Source of the DNA: Euryarchaeota archaeon UBA23
GTDB lineage: Archaea > Thermoplasmatota > Poseidoniia > Poseidoniales > Thalassarchaeaceae
DNA length: 62,704 nucleotides
Assembly: GCA_002498725.1 (NCBI GenBank)
Contig: DAIJ01000032.1
Coordinates: 1-62,704, forward strand
Direction: 5' to 3'
The position numbers and the translations under genes were made by a program. Below the pieces are notes generated by a model. The model was not told the origin of the DNA, made no database searches, and saw only the letters and a list, made by a program, of their open reading frames with translations. This document shows positions 39,400 to 49,408 of this stretch, piece after piece; positions within the stretch are counted from its first letter, which is position 1; the number at the start of each line of letters is the position of its first letter.

Positions 39400-40350
39400 A
39401 TGAGAATTGCAATTCTAGGTGTGGGCTCAATAGGTGGGTTGATTTTAGGAACTCTTTCAGATACTTCAGCCGAATTAGTAGCGGTTTCAAGAGGAAAAAC
39501 ATTTTCTGATTTGTCAGATATGGGACTAATTCTTAATACACCAGAAGGTTCCATTGAATTAATTCCTTCTGATAGATTTATTCTTATAGATAGTAATAAA
39601 ATAATACCAGAAAAAGCTAGGAAAAGTTGCGATGTAATTATAATATGTGGCAAGGCTAATTCAACCTCCATACTTACTCAAATTGCAGAAGATTTGTTAG
39701 TTGATGATGGACTTGCATTAACTGTTCAGAATGGTTTAGGAAATGCTGAGATCATGGCTCACAGATTAGGTCGAGAGAGGATTCTAGCGGGATCTATCAC
39801 TCATGGTGCTTGGAGAGATGGGGATGGTTCAGTACATTGGGTAGGTAGAGGTTCGATACACATCGGTTCATTTGATTCTGGATTCCAAAACGATCTTGCC
39901 AGTAATTTGTTAGAATTCCTTAATGAAGGTGAATTGGATGCATTTTGGTCGGAAGATGTACAAAGTACAGTTTGGAAAAAACTTCTTCTTAATGTATCAA
40001 TAAATCCGGTATGTGCTATTGCAGGAGTTAGGAATGGTGCTTTACTTGAAATCGAAGAATTATGGTCAATAGCAACGGAATCTATGAGGGAGGCAATATC
40101 TGTGGCCTCCTCTTTAGGCGTAAATCTCTCCTATTTTGATCCAGAAGATTATCTTAGAGAAATTGTTGAATCTACTGCTAATAATCGTTGTTCAATGCTA
40201 CAGGACTTAATGGCGGGTCGGCCAACGGAGATAGATGCACTTTGTGGTGCAGTTGTAGAACGGGGTGAGTCAGTTGGTATACCCACTCCCGCAAATAGAG
40301 CCCTTCATGCTCTAGTCAAAGGTGTTGAGCATTCGAAAGATTTTGATTAA
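39400..40350 (+). CDS. panE: 2-dehydropantoate 2-reductase
   Basis: IAILGVGSIG, K, QNGLGN, WKKLLLNVSINP, N..SMLQD...GRPTEIDA.CG. Confidence 0.95.
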   Translation: MRIAILGVGSIGGLILGTLSDTSAELVAVSRGKTFSDLSDMGLILNTPEGSIELIPSDRFILIDSNKIIPEKARKSCDVIIICGKANSTSILTQIAEDLLVDDGLALTVQNGLGNAEIMAHRLGRERILAGSITHGAWRDGDGSVHWVGRGSIHIGSFDSGFQNDLASNLLEFLNEGELDAFWSEDVQSTVWKKLLLNVSINPVCAIAGVRNGALLEIEELWSIATESMREAISVASSLGVNLSYFDPEDYLREIVESTANNRCSMLQDLMAGRPTEIDALCGAVVERGESVGIPTPANRALHALVKGVEHSKDFD

Positions 40351-40352
40351 TA

Positions 40353-41996
40353 TCATTCAAGATCTATATTCCAATGTAAGCCTACATTTTCATTCCTAGA
40401 TATACTGGCTTCAATCACTAACTCAGAACAAATTATTAGATTTCTTAACTCTACCATTTCTTGAGTTGGTTTAGTTGAATGCCATAAAGGAACAACTTCC
40501 GATCTGATATGTGAAATTCTTCTCTTAGCACGTTGTAATCGTGCATTACTCTTTACGAGTCCGACATCATTAGTCATCATATTTCTTAATCCAAAAAGAT
40601 CTGTCCGAAGAGGTCCGTGTTCAGATAATTCTTCAAGATCCTCATCTCTCCATTTTGTTAGATTTTCAATTAATTTTGGAAGTGTCCCATCCTCGGCGGA
40701 TTCAATAATATTCTCCGCTGCTCTTTCCGAATAAACAACGGCTTCAAGTAGAGAATTAGAAGCCAGTCTATTAGCTCCATGAAGTCCTGTTCTAGCCACT
40801 TCACCTATGGCATAAAGGCCAGGCAGATTTTTCCCATTTCTTAGAGCCCTTCCGCAGGAATCAACCGCTACTCCTCCTACAAGGTAATGAGCAGCCGGTC
40901 TCACAGGTATGGGGTCAGGCCCCAATTCAATTCCGATTTGTTTAACTCGCTCCAGAATAGTCGGAAATGATTTTCTTAATTCTTCGTATTCTAAATGCTC
41001 AGTAACTAGAAGAACATGTGTGTCTCCATTTTTCTTTAGTTCTTTGTCGGTTGCTCTTGCAACAATATCACGCGTGTCTAAACTGCCTTTCTTCGAATAT
41101 CTTGTCATGTAAGAGTACTTACTAGGATTAATTTCTTTACCGCCTCTTATTGCTTCTTTCCATATTGAATAGTCTTCCTTGGTCATAAGAATCGCACCAT
41201 GTCCTCTCATTGCTTCCGTAATCAGAAATGGCTGATCTGAATCTTCTGCAAGTGCGGTGGGGTGGAATTGGATGAATTCCATATCTTTTACATCGGCCCC
41301 TACTCTGTAAGCCATGGCTACTCCATCTCCGGTTGCAACAGAAGGATTCGTTGTGGCTAAGTGCAACATACCAGCACCTCCAGATGCGAGAACTACAACT
41401 TTTGAAGAGAGAGTGTAGACAGTCCTGTCCGGTGCTAGGCACCAAAGTCCTGCAACTCCCTTAGATGGGTCTTCTAAATCTCTTCGAATTAGATCTAGTA
41501 CCATCCAATTTTCTAGAATTCGTAGTCCTTCTTCATATTCTTGAGAAACTCCATCCGTCAATGCTTTTTCAATTTCAGCACCAGTTCTATCCCGTGAATG
41601 AAGTATTCTCTTGCTGGAATGACCTCCTTCTCTTACTAAATCAAAAACTCCTTCTTCATCCAAATCAAATTTCACTCCATGTTCTACAAGATCCTGAATT
41701 CTTTCTGCGGCTTCATAGACTACAGATCTTACTACTTCTTCATCACAGAGTCCTGCACCACTTCTGATAGTGTCTTGTACATGTGCTTCCAGATTTATCT
41801 TATCATTTGTATCAAGGACTCCGGCAATACCTCCTTGTGCCCAGTTAGTGGATGATGTTGACAAATTTTTTTTGGTCACTATTGCAACTGATAAACCCTT
41901 TCTAAAACATCTTAGTGCTAGAAAAAGTCCAGCAATTCCGGATCCAACAATTGCGACATCTACTGGGGCCAGTTGCTGGGAATTTTCATCCATCAT
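40353..41996 (-). CDS. nadB: L-aspartate oxidase
   Basis: GSGIAGL, WAQGGIA, REGGHS..RILH, EFIQFHPT, LITEAMRG, TGLHGANRLASNSLLE. Confidence 0.94.
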   Translation of the reverse strand: MMDENSQQLAPVDVAIVGSGIAGLFLALRCFRKGLSVAIVTKKNLSTSSTNWAQGGIAGVLDTNDKINLEAHVQDTIRSGAGLCDEEVVRSVVYEAAERIQDLVEHGVKFDLDEEGVFDLVREGGHSSKRILHSRDRTGAEIEKALTDGVSQEYEEGLRILENWMVLDLIRRDLEDPSKGVAGLWCLAPDRTVYTLSSKVVVLASGGAGMLHLATTNPSVATGDGVAMAYRVGADVKDMEFIQFHPTALAEDSDQPFLITEAMRGHGAILMTKEDYSIWKEAIRGGKEINPSKYSYMTRYSKKGSLDTRDIVARATDKELKKNGDTHVLLVTEHLEYEELRKSFPTILERVKQIGIELGPDPIPVRPAAHYLVGGVAVDSCGRALRNGKNLPGLYAIGEVARTGLHGANRLASNSLLEAVVYSERAAENIIESAEDGTLPKLIENLTKWRDEDLEELSEHGPLRTDLFGLRNMMTNDVGLVKSNARLQRAKRRISHIRSEVVPLWHSTKPTQEMVELRNLIICSELVIEASISRNENVGLHWNIDLE

Positions 41997-42177
41997 GATC
42001 TTTCCTCACTAATATTGAGCATTGAACTTTGTCCGATCAGGCGTGGCTATTCGGCGCTTCAATAAACTCTCTTCAATCGCCACTCAAAAATGGTTGCAGC
42101 CTCAACCTTCATAGTCTGATAGGCTACGTGCCTAGGTTTGACGTTAGGCGATTATCTTTCGTCGAATAGGTGATGGG

Positions 42178-45100
42178 ATGCACTTGCTAAGAATAGAACT
42201 TGAAAATTTCAAGTCCTTTGGAGGCCAAATCACTGTTCCTTTTGATGAAGGTTTTACTGCAATAACTGGCCCTAATGGTTCAGGTAAATCAAACTCGGGT
42301 GATGCCATCCAATTTGTTCTCGGGACCAGATCAACGAAGGTGATGCGTGCAGACAATGTCGGAGATCTGATTTTCAATGGCGGAAAAAGTGGTAAGCAAG
42401 CAAGACATATGTCTGTAACATTGGTTTTTGCTAATACTCCTGAAATAGATGGCCGACGTCGTCTTAGAGTCGATGAGGATGAAGCTAAATTCACTAGGTC
42501 TGTTAGGCTCAACCGGAAGAATCAACCTGTATCTTCTTACATGATTGGTGATCGTTCAGTCACCGCTACTGAGATGCGGAGGACTTTGGCAGAAGCAGGA
42601 CTTCATGGAGATGGGTACAACATTGTACTACAAGGAGATGTCACCACTCTGGCCACTATGACACCTCATAGAAGGCGCGGAGTTTTGGAAGAAGTTGCTG
42701 GAGTTACTGCTTACGATAACGAAATCAAGAGTGCCAACAATCAGAGGAAGCAAGTAGAGCATGATATAGAAACTATCGAATTATTTGAAATGGAACAAAA
42801 AACCCGTCTTAAGAAACTCGAAAGGGAAAGAGAACAGGCACTCAGGTTCAGAGCCTTGAAGGAAGAGTTAGACTCAGCAAAGATTACGTTAGGTCAATCA
42901 AGATATAGAAATCGATTAGATGAGATTAGAATGCTTAACGAAGATCATCAAAATTATCAGAAAAAGGATGAATTATTGCGTGTAAGTATTCGTGAATCCA
43001 ATAAACGTCTTCTCACTATGGAAGAAGAATTAGTTGCAGTAAAGAATGAACTCGACGAAATGTCTAGTGGGGAATCTAAAGCAGTGATGGATCAGATAAG
43101 AACTCTTGAGATTGAGATTGAAACAAGTAGGGATCGAATTGGAGATCAGCAACGTGCTTCAGAATTGGCAAATGAAGAGATTTCTGAAATCAAAGAAGAG
43201 ATAGAACGAGTCACCAAGGCAATAGACGAAATATCTTCATCTATTAGTGATGCTAAGTTAGCAGTTTCTACCGCTAAGGATAATCTGGCTAAGGCAGATG
43301 CTAATGAGAAAGAAGCAAGAAAAGCCATAGAGTCTGGAGATAAGCATTCACGAGACTTAAATCGTGCTTTGGGTAAAGCAACTGAGGAGTTAAACAAGGC
43401 CCAAACAGATAGTGCAGAAGCGAGACTTGAGGCGGATAGATCTGAGCAAGCAGCCAGATTGGCTTCTGATAGACTGGCTGATCTAGAGGACGAATATGAG
43501 AGTTTTACACTTGAGCGGGATGATCTAGAACTCCAAGGGGATGATTTGAAAGGCACTGCTCCTGACCAAGATCGCGGAGAATTAGCCAATCAATTATCAA
43601 AATTGCAGAAACAAGAATCAGCACTTAGGGAAGACAGAGATCGGGCTGATGCTCAAGTTCGTGAGGCTACTTTATCCTTAGAAAGAGCAAGAGCACAGCA
43701 AGAAGCCAGATCATCTAGGCCCGGTAGTGCAGTGACTTTACGTGCTCTTTCAAAATTACGTGAAAGTGGAGAAATAATGGGGATTTTAGGTTCTTTAGGG
43801 GAGTTAGTATCTCCTAAGGAAAGTGAACACGAGGAAGCATTAGCCTACGCTTTAGGTGGGGCGTTGAACAGTATAGTGGTTAATGACGATGAAGTTGCTG
43901 CAGGCTGTATAAAATGGCTAAAGAATAATGGAGGCGGCCGAGCCACATTCCTACCTCTAAACAAAATAAGTGCATCAAGAGCCCAAGGAAGAGCATTGAT
44001 GGTATCGAGAAATCCTGGAGTAATCGGTTTTGCTCATGACTTATTAGATTACGATGAAGGTATTGAAATCGCAGTAAATTTCGCTTGCCGTAATACCTTG
44101 ATTGTCCAATCAATGGAAGTGGCTCGGCGAAATATGGGGGGCGTTAGAATGGTCACTCTTGATGGGTCTGTAATTGAATCCTCAGGGGCAATGACAGGCG
44201 GTGCATCAGCCAAGGGGAATATTCCAAAGTTTGGCGGAGCGGGTTCTTCAGGAGCCCTTCTAACTAATCTCGAATCAAATCTTGAACGTGCTAATTTGTA
44301 TTACTCAACTGTAAAGGCAGCACTTGATGAATTGAGAAATAATCAAAATGAAATAAGAAATCAAATCCATGGCCTTGATGGCAGTGATCATTCTGTAAAG
44401 TTAAGTGAGTGGAAAGCTGAAGTAAGAATCGCTCAAAAGCAGGTGGACGAAATTGGACGAAAGGTTATTGCTGCACGTGAGGAATTTAAACGTCTTGAAA
44501 AAGCCTCAATTACGGCTGCAGAATATGCATCAGCCGCAAGCGAATCCTACGAGACAGCACTTTCTTCCAGAAATTCTGCCGCGGAGGCGTTACAAAACCA
44601 GACTCCTGACCATCTCTCCAAGATGTTACGCGACGCTCAAGATATTAGAACAGAAGCAGAAAGAAACAAATTAAGAGCGGACTCAGAAATAAGTTCCGGA
44701 GAAGAACGTCTTACTGTTTTAGATGAGCGTAAGAATAATCTCATCCGTTCTCTGGACAAGCATAATAAAATTGTCTTAGAATCTAGTAAGATGATTACAG
44801 ACCTCACAAATAATATCGACAAGGCTGAAGGAGAATTAATTGATCTTAAAGGCCAACAATCACAATTTAATGAAGAATTTTCAATCTTGAATGACAAGAG
44901 AGAGAACCTTATTGATGAGAGAGCAAGTCTACGTACTCATGTAGACCAACAATTATCGAATCGTGAATCTATTAAATCTAGATTGGAAGGTCTGGTAGAA
45001 CAGATAAGGACAAAGGAATCAACTATTGAATTAATTCAGAATGAATTAACGGAATCAGGAATTTCAATTCCGACAGATGACATTCAACTGCCAACGGTGG

Positions 45101-46119
45101 CCGAGGCTGAGAAGAGGGTGCAGGGACTCGATCGACGCCTCGGCCAACTCGGCGATGTTAATATGTTAGCAATAGATGACTACGATTACACCGTAGAGAG
45201 AATCGCTGGTCTAGTTGCTGATGGAAAATTGTGTAAGGAACGCCATGAAATGCTAGTTAATTTAGCTCAGAAATTAGAAGACGAACGCCGTACTCGCCTA
45301 CTAGCTGTCTTTGAGCATGTGAATACTAACTTTACTAGAGCATACAAATTATTGCAACCAGGTGGTGATGGTAGACTATTGTTGGAGAATCCAAAGAATC
45401 CATTCGAAGGCGGCCTTGAGATGGCCTGTGTCCCACCAGGTAAGAGTAAGCGTACTCGTCGCAGTTTCTTATCTGGAGGTGAGAAATCAATGGCCGCTCT
45501 AGCCTTTATTTTCGCTATTCAGGATTACGAACCCAGTCCATTCTATTACTTTGATGAAGTGGATCAAAATCTTGACCCATTCAATGCTGAGAGAATTGCT
45601 ACTCTTTGTCGATTAAGAAGTATGCAAGCACAATTTATTATGGTGACTCTCAGAAAGGTCAGTCTTAATCTTGCAGATCATCATATAGGAATAACTCATG
45701 CAGGTGATGGTTGTAGTCGCCGAATCGCTGACTTTGATAGAGCAGCAGCTCTTGAACTTGGTGAAGAGTTTGAGAAAGAGAAAGCAGCACAAGAAAGGGC
45801 GAAAAATGAGAAGCAGAATATGGAACTTCCAGACCCAGAAGTAATGCCCAAAGTACCGGAACCTATGGCGCGCCCAGAAAGTCTTGGAGGCTTAGCTGAA
45901 AGAGCGGGCGTAGAGGTTAGTCCAACTGCAGATCCAGAGCAAGATGAATCACTATCTGTTGAATCAACAATGACGTCTCTTAAGGAAAGGACAGATGAGT
46001 GGACAGAAGATATGGTTGAGAAGGAAGCCAGTTTGCCAAATGATGACTTTATTGATGAGCAGGAAAGTGAATCTCAAGTGCAAGTTGCTAATGTGAAAAA
46101 TGGTGAATTGGAGGAGTAA
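42178..46119 (+). CDS. smc: Chromosome segregation protein SMC
   Basis: ENFKSF, GPNGSGKSN, VLQGDV, hinge GRATFLPL / MVTLDG..GAMTGG, LSGGEKS, FDEVD; long coiled coils. Confidence 0.97.
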   Translation: MHLLRIELENFKSFGGQITVPFDEGFTAITGPNGSGKSNSGDAIQFVLGTRSTKVMRADNVGDLIFNGGKSGKQARHMSVTLVFANTPEIDGRRRLRVDEDEAKFTRSVRLNRKNQPVSSYMIGDRSVTATEMRRTLAEAGLHGDGYNIVLQGDVTTLATMTPHRRRGVLEEVAGVTAYDNEIKSANNQRKQVEHDIETIELFEMEQKTRLKKLEREREQALRFRALKEELDSAKITLGQSRYRNRLDEIRMLNEDHQNYQKKDELLRVSIRESNKRLLTMEEELVAVKNELDEMSSGESKAVMDQIRTLEIEIETSRDRIGDQQRASELANEEISEIKEEIERVTKAIDEISSSISDAKLAVSTAKDNLAKADANEKEARKAIESGDKHSRDLNRALGKATEELNKAQTDSAEARLEADRSEQAARLASDRLADLEDEYESFTLERDDLELQGDDLKGTAPDQDRGELANQLSKLQKQESALREDRDRADAQVREATLSLERARAQQEARSSRPGSAVTLRALSKLRESGEIMGILGSLGELVSPKESEHEEALAYALGGALNSIVVNDDEVAAGCIKWLKNNGGGRATFLPLNKISASRAQGRALMVSRNPGVIGFAHDLLDYDEGIEIAVNFACRNTLIVQSMEVARRNMGGVRMVTLDGSVIESSGAMTGGASAKGNIPKFGGAGSSGALLTNLESNLERANLYYSTVKAALDELRNNQNEIRNQIHGLDGSDHSVKLSEWKAEVRIAQKQVDEIGRKVIAAREEFKRLEKASITAAEYASAASESYETALSSRNSAAEALQNQTPDHLSKMLRDAQDIRTEAERNKLRADSEISSGEERLTVLDERKNNLIRSLDKHNKIVLESSKMITDLTNNIDKAEGELIDLKGQQSQFNEEFSILNDKRENLIDERASLRTHVDQQLSNRESIKSRLEGLVEQIRTKESTIELIQNELTESGISIPTDDIQLPTVAEAEKRVQGLDRRLGQLGDVNMLAIDDYDYTVERIAGLVADGKLCKERHEMLVNLAQKLEDERRTRLLAVFEHVNTNFTRAYKLLQPGGDGRLLLENPKNPFEGGLEMACVPPGKSKRTRRSFLSGGEKSMAALAFIFAIQDYEPSPFYYFDEVDQNLDPFNAERIATLCRLRSMQAQFIMVTLRKVSLNLADHHIGITHAGDGCSRRIADFDRAAALELGEEFEKEKAAQERAKNEKQNMELPDPEVMPKVPEPMARPESLGGLAERAGVEVSPTADPEQDESLSVESTMTSLKERTDEWTEDMVEKEASLPNDDFIDEQESESQVQVANVKNGELEE

Positions 46120-46121
46120 GT

Positions 46122-47123
46122 ATGGCGGTATTTGACGCAACCGCAATGCGCGACGATATAGTTTCAAGATTGTTAGAAGGTGAGGCAGATCTTGAGACCA
46201 GTCGTTATTTGGATAGATTGGTGGAGTTAGCAAGTCTTGAAGATGCAGAACACCAATTTCTTATCGATCCGTTTGACAGATCCGTTGCATTGGTTTTCCA
46301 GTTATTTCGTTCTAAAGACTTGGACCCTTGGGATGTAAATCTAACCTCATTTTTAGAGATGTTTGAATCTAGAATAGAAGAAGCAGAGAATATAGATTTG
46401 CCAACCTGTGGTAGATTAATCAGAATGGCTTGGCAAATTCTTCGTGGCCAAGCATCTTCTCTAATTGCTCGTCAAGAAGTCGCTTGGGATGATCAAAATG
46501 AAGATATATTCGATTTCGACGTAGGTGGTTGGGAAACTGAATTTACAGAGGACGATTACAATTTTTCTGTGGGTGTCCTGACAGGTGCCGCAGACGAAGT
46601 TTTGCCTTCTATGTTTGAGGGCCGTATCCACAGAGAAGAGAGTAGGCCAGTTACTCTTGGAGAATTATTGATGGGGCTGCAATCAGCCAAACAAATATCA
46701 GAAGAGCAGCGATTACGCGAACAAATTGCACGGGAACGTCGCGAGGCTAATGATAGAGCAAGAGCGCGATTCAGTGGTAGTTTACATATTGAGAATTTGG
46801 AAGATGAGATACGTAGAACTTGGGATGCTCTTAGGCTGAGGCAGGCCAATCAAGACGAACCGGTGAATCTAAAATCAATAGTAGAACACCTTAGGGATAG
46901 ATCTGTTGAAGAAGGTTTTGATTTCGAGGAAGCCGAATCTGATGCTCAGGTAACAGCATTAGTTTCTTCATTGTTCTTAACACACAGGGGTTACGCTGAT
47001 TTGACACAAGAAGGTGGCCCTGAGGGTGTAATTACACTTGCTAATTTACACCCTGATGATTCCGATTTTGATACACTGACTGAAAGAATAAATCCCAAAC
47101 CAGAGGTGATTCACGATGTCTGA
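46122..47123 (+). CDS. scpA: Kleisin ScpA
   Basis: LDPWDVNL, DLP..GR...MA..LR, RPVTL.EL...L; directly after smc. Confidence 0.88.
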   Translation: MAVFDATAMRDDIVSRLLEGEADLETSRYLDRLVELASLEDAEHQFLIDPFDRSVALVFQLFRSKDLDPWDVNLTSFLEMFESRIEEAENIDLPTCGRLIRMAWQILRGQASSLIARQEVAWDDQNEDIFDFDVGGWETEFTEDDYNFSVGVLTGAADEVLPSMFEGRIHREESRPVTLGELLMGLQSAKQISEEQRLREQIARERREANDRARARFSGSLHIENLEDEIRRTWDALRLRQANQDEPVNLKSIVEHLRDRSVEEGFDFEEAESDAQVTALVSSLFLTHRGYADLTQEGGPEGVITLANLHPDDSDFDTLTERINPKPEVIHDV

Positions 47124-47751
47124 AGATATCCAATTATCAACTGTTCTTGAGGCAATTCTTTTCAGCGCGGGAAGGTCTCTTTCAGTAGAGGAATTAATGG
47201 AACAAACTAACCGCACCAAAAGTGAAGTCAGTGGCGCTCTTGACAATCTACGCTCAACAATTCGTAGAAGAAGGGATTCAGCATTGCAATTAACAGAAGT
47301 GTCTGGACGTTGGATTTTTGAAGTTAGACCTGCTCTTTCTGAACATCTTCCAGAGGCACTAAGACCTGATGTACCTCAACGCCTACTTCCAGCAGCGGCG
47401 TTAATTGCTTATCATCAACCAATGCGTCAAGCTCAGTTGGTAGATATGCTAGGGCAACGTGCTTATGATCATGTTAGAGAGTTGGCACAATTGGGATTTG
47501 TTGACAGGCGTAGAGATGGACTTAGTCGCAGACTCACTACCACAAGGCGTTTTGCAGAATATTTTGGCTGTCCAGAAGTAGAATATCGAGCAGTCCGAGA
47601 ATGGTTCCGAGCCGAAGCATCGAAGGCAGGCCTAACAAGTGCCCAACTAGCCGCATCTCTATCTGATGAACAAATGACTATTGAGGAGTTCACTGATAAA
47701 CCAAATGAACAGGCGATTGAGCTGGAATTGGCCAAGAATGATGAAGAATAG
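47116..47751 (+). CDS. scpB: Segregation and condensation protein ScpB
   Basis: LEAILFSAG, A.IAYHQP, G..AYDHVREL...GFV, TT.RFAEYFG. Confidence 0.93.
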   Translation: MSEDIQLSTVLEAILFSAGRSLSVEELMEQTNRTKSEVSGALDNLRSTIRRRRDSALQLTEVSGRWIFEVRPALSEHLPEALRPDVPQRLLPAAALIAYHQPMRQAQLVDMLGQRAYDHVRELAQLGFVDRRRDGLSRRLTTTRRFAEYFGCPEVEYRAVREWFRAEASKAGLTSAQLAASLSDEQMTIEEFTDKPNEQAIELELAKNDEE

Positions 47752-47759
47752 TCATTAAA

Positions 47760-49055
47760 TCAATTACTTCTGATTTGAGATAGTGCTTCTTCAACAGCAG
47801 CCATTGTGATCCGTTCGCCGCTCTCTCTAACTTTTGCTGCTACCTTCTCAATTTCATCAGGATTAGCACCCGCCGAAGCAGCCATGTTCCTTAGATGTAA
47901 TTTCATGTGGCCTGCTTGTATTCCTACTGTGGCTAATGCCCTAAGAGCACCTAGATTTTGTGCTAGTCCTGCCGCAGCCATGCACTTTGCTAAATCATTT
48001 GCACTCTTTATCCCAAGAAGTGCTACATTAGCTTGTGCTCCAGGGTGGATACGAATAGCGCCACCCACTAGTCCTACTGCCATCGGTATCTCAATAGAAC
48101 CTACTAGATTTCCATCTGAATCTTTTTCCCAATGTGTCATAGATCCATATTCTCTTTCATGTGCACAATATGAGTGAGCGCCGGATTCTATCGCTCTCCA
48201 GTCTTGGCCACAAGCTATTCCAATAGGTGAAATGGCATTCATTATGCCCTTATTGTGAGTTGTTGCTCTAAATGGATCTGCGGCTGCAAAATGGTATGCC
48301 TGGATTACTCCTTCAATGACTTCGGCACCTCTGCTGGGATCGTTTCCTGAATCAGACATTTCTTCTGGAGTGAAAGTAGCACTTACTCTGGCCAATCTGT
48401 GCACTGCTAGATTAGATATAATTCTCAATATCACAGTCCCTCCCGAAAGGCTTTCTACTCTCGGCGCAATTGTTTCAGCCATCGTATTCACTGCATTCGC
48501 TCCCATTGCATCTCTACAATCAACTAAGATATGTACTATAACCATGGGTCCAGACATTGTTTGAATGATACGAACTTCCACATCCTTGCATCCTCCTCCA
48601 AATTTTACTAGAATTGGATCAACATCATTACAAGCCTGAATCAACTCTTCTTTGGCTGCTAATATTGCTTCTTTAGATGCTTCAGGATCTTCGCAACCAA
48701 CGATTTGAATTTGTCCTATCATAACTGGGTCGGTGTTGTTAGAGGTGAATCCTCCATTAGCCTGACACCTCTTAGCCATGTTTGATGCTGCAGCAACCAC
48801 GCTCGCTTCTTCTACAACGAATGGGATGATGTAATGTTCACCGTCAATAATGAAATTAGTGGCCACTCCTATTGGTAGAGAATAACGACCAATTACATTC
48901 TCTATCATGCGGTCCGCTGTTCCTTCATCAAGCTCTGCATTTTCCCAGGCCTGTACGTCCTCATCCGAGAGTCCTGCTATTTCTGCAAGTAATGCTCTTC
49001 TCTCAGGTACTGAGAGTTTGTAGAATCCTTTCAAGCGGCTGTTGTCAACTGGCAT
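47760..49055 (-). CDS. mvaA: HMG-CoA reductase, class II
   Basis: SRL.GFYKL, MIENVIG, EEASVVAAAS, DAMGANA.NTMAE, DPFRATTHNKGIMN, QNLGALRAL...GIQ.GHMKLH; start moved to the ATG at 49055. Confidence 0.94.
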   Translation of the reverse strand: MPVDNSRLKGFYKLSVPERRALLAEIAGLSDEDVQAWENAELDEGTADRMIENVIGRYSLPIGVATNFIIDGEHYIIPFVVEEASVVAAASNMAKRCQANGGFTSNNTDPVMIGQIQIVGCEDPEASKEAILAAKEELIQACNDVDPILVKFGGGCKDVEVRIIQTMSGPMVIVHILVDCRDAMGANAVNTMAETIAPRVESLSGGTVILRIISNLAVHRLARVSATFTPEEMSDSGNDPSRGAEVIEGVIQAYHFAAADPFRATTHNKGIMNAISPIGIACGQDWRAIESGAHSYCAHEREYGSMTHWEKDSDGNLVGSIEIPMAVGLVGGAIRIHPGAQANVALLGIKSANDLAKCMAAAGLAQNLGALRALATVGIQAGHMKLHLRNMAASAGANPDEIEKVAAKVRESGERITMAAVEEALSQIRSN

Positions 49056-49204
49056 ATGTCCACCACGCCTCCGAAGACTTACTGGTTCTAAACCCTTCAT
49101 AAAATAAAGACCCAACACGGTCTTTTGAAAACTTTCTAAATAGATAAGAAAAACCTCTTTACCTCTACAATAATACCTCTTTTCCATTGTGAAAATCTCT
49201 CTAA

Positions 49205-49377
49205 AAAGCGTTAATTCACCCATTAACGCTTTGTTAACGTATAATAAAAGCGTTAGTAAAGCGTTAATAATTATTTTATCTATTCGAATTACTGAGAGCA
49301 TTATATTAAATCTAAAATCTCTGTTTAATCTTATAATGCGTTAATATTAGGTTAAAAAAGCGTGAGAATGCGTGAAT
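49205..49377. repeat. Array of AAWGCGTKAA boxes (direct and inverted) flanking an AT-rich spacer
   Basis: Forward copies at 49205, 49247, 49258, 49335, 49357, 49367; inverted copies at 49223 and (degenerate) 49234; perfect 11-bp inverted pair AAAGCGTTAAT-tcaccc-ATTAACGCTTT. Confidence 0.85.
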
Positions 49378-49408
49378 ATTATGTACTGGTCATATCTGGC
49401 ATCAAAGT

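Noticed and set aside
49056-49301. N-terminal extension of HMG-CoA reductase in the ORF track
   Set aside because: Family similarity begins at MPVDNSRL (49055), which has a purine-rich SD-like stretch upstream; the extension crosses the AT-rich repeat region
49205-49377. Possible CRISPR array
   Set aside because: Repeats are only 10-11 bp with no regular unique spacers, and there are no cas genes in the window
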